From: Gemmatimonadales bacterium
GTDB taxonomy: Bacteria > Gemmatimonadota > Gemmatimonadetes > Gemmatimonadales > GWC2-71-9
NCBI GenBank assembly: GCA_031402135.1
Contig: JANNSC010000135.1
Coordinates: 1-42,302, forward strand
Direction: 5' to 3'
Length of the DNA stretch: 42,302 nucleotides
Notes under the pieces: generated by a model
Database searches by the model: none
What the model was told of the DNA's origin: nothing
Seen by the model: only the letters and a program-made list of their open reading frames with translations
Part shown: in pieces, positions 38,479-42,302 of the stretch
How the letters are laid out: every line of letters begins with the position of its first letter
Numbering within the stretch: position 1 is the stretch's first letter
Position numbers and translations under genes: made by a program

Positions 38479-40353
38479 TTACTCGGTCAGCGCCGCTTCC
38501 TTGCTGCGTCGCTTGAGGATTTCCATGACGAGGTTTTGGAGGTCGCTGGGCGAGACTCCGGGGATCCTGCCGGCGTGGCCAAGACTCTCCGGTTGATGTT
38601 TGGCAAGCTTTTCTCGAGCCTCGAAGGAGAGGCTATCCAGGGCCTGGAACGCCAGACCTTGGGGAATCCGGAAATGCTCCAGCTCCTCCAATCTCGCCGC
38701 AAACTCCCGCTCCCGCTCGATATAGCCACCATACCGAAGCTCAATCGCCGCCCATTCGGATTCCGAGGAATCGGTTTCTCTGCCCATTGTCCGAAGTAGA
38801 AGCTCCAAGCGTATACCAGGGCGCTTGGCCAGCTCGGAGAGTCGAACCGGCTCCGTAATAGTCGAGCCCCCAATCCCCTCCAAATGCGGGTTGGCAAGCT
38901 CTGGAGAGATTGTCGTTCCCTGAGAGAATGCCATCACCTCTTCTTCGCACAATAGGCGAGCCTGGGCAGCATCTCGCTCTCCCTTCGAGAGCAGCCCAAG
39001 CGCCTCCGCCTTGGGGAAAAGGCGGCGCAGGGCGTTATCCTGGCGGAGGAGGAGACGAAATTCTGCCCGGGAGGTGAAAAGCCGGTATGGCTCCTCGACA
39101 CCCCGGGTGACCAGGTCGTCAACCAGGACGCCAAGAAACGCTTCGTCCCTCCCAAAGGTGATGGCGGGTCGATTCAATGCCGCTGCCGCAGCGTTCAGTC
39201 CCGCCACAACACCTTGTCCAGCAGCCTCTTCATATCCGGTGGTCCCGTTTACTTGCCCGGCAAAGTAGAGGCCCTCCACCCCGCGTACCCGGAGGGTGTG
39301 GTCCAGTTGGGTCGGCGGGAAATAGTCGTATTCGATGGCGTAGCCCGGTCGAGTCATTTCAACCCGCTCCAAACCGGGGACCGAACGGAGATACTCGAGC
39401 TGGACGGTCGCCGGCAACGAGGTCGAGAGCCCGTTCACATACATCTCGGAAGTCTCCAGTCCCTCCGGCTCCAGAAACACCTGGTGCCTCACCGCATTGG
39501 GAAACCGCACAATCTTGTCCTCGATCGAAGGGCAGTATCGGGGGCCCCGTCCGCTGATTGCCCCGCCGTACATGGCGGACTCGGCGAGATGTTCGGTGAT
39601 GATGTCCCGCAACCTCTCGTTGGTGTGGGTCAGGAAGCAGGGCAGTTGCCTGGGATGGTCCGCCCGCTGGTAGTACGAAAACCAATACGGCGCCGCATCC
39701 CCGTCCTGACGAATCAGCCCGGTAAAATCCACGCTTCTTCCGTCGATCCTCGGGGGTGTTCCCGTTTTGAAGCGTTCTATCGTAACACCAATATCTGCAA
39801 TGGCTTGAGATATTTCTATTGCGGGTCCTTCCCCGGCCCGTCCCGCCGGAGTGGGGGTGGAAAGCCCAACGTGAATTTGCCCCCGAAGAAAGGTCCCCGC
39901 GGTGATCACTACCGCTCGCGACAGGTACCGCCGGCCGTCAATCGTCTCGATGCCGGCCACCCGGGCGCCCTCGAGGATGAACCGTGCGGCAGTACCCTGG
40001 GCAAAACTCAGATTGGGGAGCTCTTCCAGTAGCGTGCGCACCGCTCGCCGGTACAGTCCACGATCACATTGCGCCCGGGGCGACCAGACCGCCGGCCCCT
40101 TCGATTGATTCAGCATCCGGAACTGGATCCGGGACAAATCGGTCGCGCGACCCATAATTCCCCCCAGGGCGTCGACTTCCCGCACCACTGTCCCCTTGGC
40201 GATTCCCCCAATCGCCGGGTTACACGACATCTGGCCGATAGTCTCGAGGTGCTGGGTCAGCATCAGTGTCCGAGCGCCGGATCGTGCCGCCATCGCGCAC
40301 GCCTCCGCCCCGGCGTGGCCGCCGCCAATCACGATGACATCAAATGCGTCCAT
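38479..40353 (-). CDS. mnmG: tRNA uridine-5-carboxymethylaminomethyl(34) synthesis enzyme MnmG (GidA)
   Basis: IGGGHAG, MSCNPAIGG, KGPAV, FKTGTPPR, GPRYCPSIEDK, GYAIEYD, AGQVNGTTGYEEAA and YRLFTSRAEFRL. Confidence 0.98.
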   Translation of the reverse strand: MDAFDVIVIGGGHAGAEACAMAARSGARTLMLTQHLETIGQMSCNPAIGGIAKGTVVREVDALGGIMGRATDLSRIQFRMLNQSKGPAVWSPRAQCDRGLYRRAVRTLLEELPNLSFAQGTAARFILEGARVAGIETIDGRRYLSRAVVITAGTFLRGQIHVGLSTPTPAGRAGEGPAIEISQAIADIGVTIERFKTGTPPRIDGRSVDFTGLIRQDGDAAPYWFSYYQRADHPRQLPCFLTHTNERLRDIITEHLAESAMYGGAISGRGPRYCPSIEDKIVRFPNAVRHQVFLEPEGLETSEMYVNGLSTSLPATVQLEYLRSVPGLERVEMTRPGYAIEYDYFPPTQLDHTLRVRGVEGLYFAGQVNGTTGYEEAAGQGVVAGLNAAAAALNRPAITFGRDEAFLGVLVDDLVTRGVEEPYRLFTSRAEFRLLLRQDNALRRLFPKAEALGLLSKGERDAAQARLLCEEEVMAFSQGTTISPELANPHLEGIGGSTITEPVRLSELAKRPGIRLELLLRTMGRETDSSESEWAAIELRYGGYIEREREFAARLEELEHFRIPQGLAFQALDSLSFEAREKLAKHQPESLGHAGRIPGVSPSDLQNLVMEILKRRSKEAALTE

Positions 40354-40467
40354 GGAGTGAAAGTTACGATGGGAAGGAGCGATCAGCTAATGGTCATTGA
40401 ACCGGTGCCGCTGGTCGATAGACACCCGCGGCGCTAAGTTCTCTTCCCCATCCCACTGGAGCTTTTC

Positions 40468-41103
40468 ATGTCTCTCCGCCTCGGCGATATCGCCCCCGAT
40501 TTTACCGCCGACACCACCCAGGGCCCGGTGAGCTTTCACGCCTGGAAGGGGAATTCCTGGGCGGTGCTGTTCAGCCACCCCAAGGATTTCACGCCGGTTT
40601 GCACCACCGAGCTGGGCCGCGCCGCCTCGCTCAAGGGGGAGTTTGAGAAACGGAACTGCAAGATTATCGGACTGTCGGTGGACTCGGTCAGTTCCCATCA
40701 CAAATGGGAGGGGGACATCCAGGAGGTAACCGGACACGCGGTGAATTTCCCGATGATCGGAGACCCCGACCGTACGGTGGCAATGCTCTACGACATGATC
40801 CACCCCAACGCGGCGGAAAATGTCACGGTGCGCTCGGTGTTCATTGTCGGCCCCGACCACAAGGTGAAACTCACCCTCACCTATCCGGCCAGCACCGGTC
40901 GCAATTTCGACGAATTGCTCCGCGTCCTCGATTCCCTGCAGTTGACCGCCAACTATTCAGTTGCCACACCGGTCGATTGGAAGGACGGGGAGGATGTGAT
41001 CATTGTCCCCGCCGTGAGTGACGAGGATGCTCGAAGCAAGTTTCCCAAGGGATTTGTCGCGAAGAAGCCCTATCTGCGGGTGACCCCGCAGCCCAACAAA
41101 TAG
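40468..41103 (+). CDS. 1-Cys peroxiredoxin (Prx6 family)
   Basis: FSHPKDFTPVCTTE, TVRSVF, YPASTGRNFDE, ATPVDW and KPYLR. Confidence 0.96.
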   Translation: MSLRLGDIAPDFTADTTQGPVSFHAWKGNSWAVLFSHPKDFTPVCTTELGRAASLKGEFEKRNCKIIGLSVDSVSSHHKWEGDIQEVTGHAVNFPMIGDPDRTVAMLYDMIHPNAAENVTVRSVFIVGPDHKVKLTLTYPASTGRNFDELLRVLDSLQLTANYSVATPVDWKDGEDVIIVPAVSDEDARSKFPKGFVAKKPYLRVTPQPNK

Positions 41104-41108
41104 GCGCT

Positions 41109-41163
41109 GCGCGGCATGCCGGTGTACCGGTGTACCGGTGTACCGGTGTACCGCATGCCGCGC
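41109..41163. repeat. 11-bp inverted repeat enclosing (GGTGTACC)x4; probable hairpin/terminator between convergent genes
   Basis: gcgcggcatgc (41109-41119), c, ggtgtacc x4 (41121-41152), gcatgccgcgc (41153-41163). Confidence 0.8.
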
Positions 41164-41176
41164 GTTGCCTACCCTT

Positions 41177-42302
41177 CTACGAAGCCCTCACCCACCGCAG
41201 CACCTCGCGGAGCGTCGCCCGCTTGCCGTACATCAGGATTCCCACCCGATAGATTCTCGACGCCACCCAGATTACGATCAGCAATCCGACGATCGAAGTG
41301 AAGATCGCTCCCATCAACTGCACCGCCGAGAGTGGGGCAATCGAATAGCGCATCGGCACCACGAAGGGTGCCAGAAGGGGGAAATAGCTGAGGGCCTGCG
41401 CGGCGGCTCCGTTGGGATCCCGGATCAGGATGAAAACCGAGAAGAACCCGGCGATTACGAACATCATCACCGGCATCTGGGCCTGACCGGCGTCCTGAAC
41501 GGTACTGCACATCGCACCCACCGCAGCGTAGATCGCCGCGAACAAGAGAAAACCCAGGGTGAAGAACGTCAAGAATACCAGAAACAGGTCGGGAGACATC
41601 GAGGGCAAGGCCAGCGGCAGTGGCCCCGAGGAGGCGACCCCGATCGCGCCGAGGATCTTGTCCTTGTAGGTGGAGAAGAGCGTCGCCGCCCCGGCCCAAA
41701 TGCTGATCTGCAGCAACGCCACCATCCCGACTCCCAGCACCTTGCCCAACATCATCTGGAACGGGGTGAGGCTGGACGCCAGCACCTCGACGATCCGGCT
41801 GGTTTTTTCCTCGATGATCGAGGTCATGATTTGCTGGCCGTAGAGCAACAACGCGATGTACAGGATCAACCCCATCGCGTACGCCAGTATGAACGTTGCC
41901 GCCCCGCTCTCACCGGTGAGTTTACCATCGGCAACCTTCGCGGTCACCAGGTCGATGCCCTGCACCGACTTCATCACCTCAGCCGGATCGACGCCCATCG
42001 CCGCCAACCGCTCGGCGATGATCAGCGGCCGGGCGATGCGCTCCAGCTCCCCCATGTCGTCGAAGCTGCCAACGTTGGCGCCAAGATACTGGAGCTTGCC
42101 GGAGGCGACCGACGAATCGCTCACCAGCAGCAGCCCCTCGAAACCAAACTCCTCACGCCTTGAGAGCCCGGTCATCTTGACCAGGGAGTCGCGGACTTCG
42201 AGCAACCGGCCGGCGGCAGCCACCCGCGTCACCTGGTAGCGGGCACCGGCACTTTCTCCCCGTCGCATCGCTGCCTGCAGGGCCCCGGTGAGCTTCTGGC
42301 CG
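41177..42302 (-). CDS. ABC-2 type (NatB/YhaP-like) transporter permease, 5' end outside the window
   Basis: SIIEEKTSRIVEVL, GKVLG, YAAVGA and RIYRVGILMYGKR. The frame stays open to the window end. Confidence 0.92.
   Translation of the reverse strand, partial: GQKLTGALQAAMRRGESAGARYQVTRVAAAGRLLEVRDSLVKMTGLSRREEFGFEGLLLVSDSSVASGKLQYLGANVGSFDDMGELERIARPLIIAERLAAMGVDPAEVMKSVQGIDLVTAKVADGKLTGESGAATFILAYAMGLILYIALLLYGQQIMTSIIEEKTSRIVEVLASSLTPFQMMLGKVLGVGMVALLQISIWAGAATLFSTYKDKILGAIGVASSGPLPLALPSMSPDLFLVFLTFFTLGFLLFAAIYAAVGAMCSTVQDAGQAQMPVMMFVIAGFFSVFILIRDPNGAAAQALSYFPLLAPFVVPMRYSIAPLSAVQLMGAIFTSIVGLLIVIWVASRIYRVGILMYGKRATLREVLRWVRAS

Overview
High-GC bacterial chromosomal segment. Gene content and protein style suggest Gemmatimonadota (inference, not verified), and the mnmG-parA-parB block suggests an origin-proximal location. 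Left to right: (1) the end of a carboxylate-amine ligase plus a C26 gamma-glutamyl hydrolase, a decayed and an intact PAP2 gene, a helically phased A-tract array and a TonB-receptor remnant; (2) a coupled five-gene surface-glycan operon (wecB, YaiO-like barrel, membrane protein, processive GT2, membrane-anchored beta-helix protein); (3) a coupled three-gene operon resembling the eukaryotic peroxisomal ether-lipid pathway (alkyl-DHAP synthase, fatty acyl-CoA reductase/DHAP-acyltransferase fusion, extended SDR), which is the headline finding; (4) about 13 kb of assorted accessory genes, including a PEMT/Cho2-like methyltransferase, a bactofilin plus Zn-ribbon pair and further gene remnants; (5) DmpA peptidase, 5'-nucleotidase and CPBP protease; (6) a long minus-strand run of mnmG, parA, parB, M23 peptidase, bactofilin, BMP, Nif3 and nucleoside ABC genes, with two variant parS palindromes whose deviation matches a substitution in the ParB recognition helix; (7) a 1-Cys peroxiredoxin, a repeat-filled hairpin and a partial ABC-2 permease. 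No rRNA, tRNA, CRISPR array or mobile element was found. All family calls come from motifs read by eye; no searches were run.
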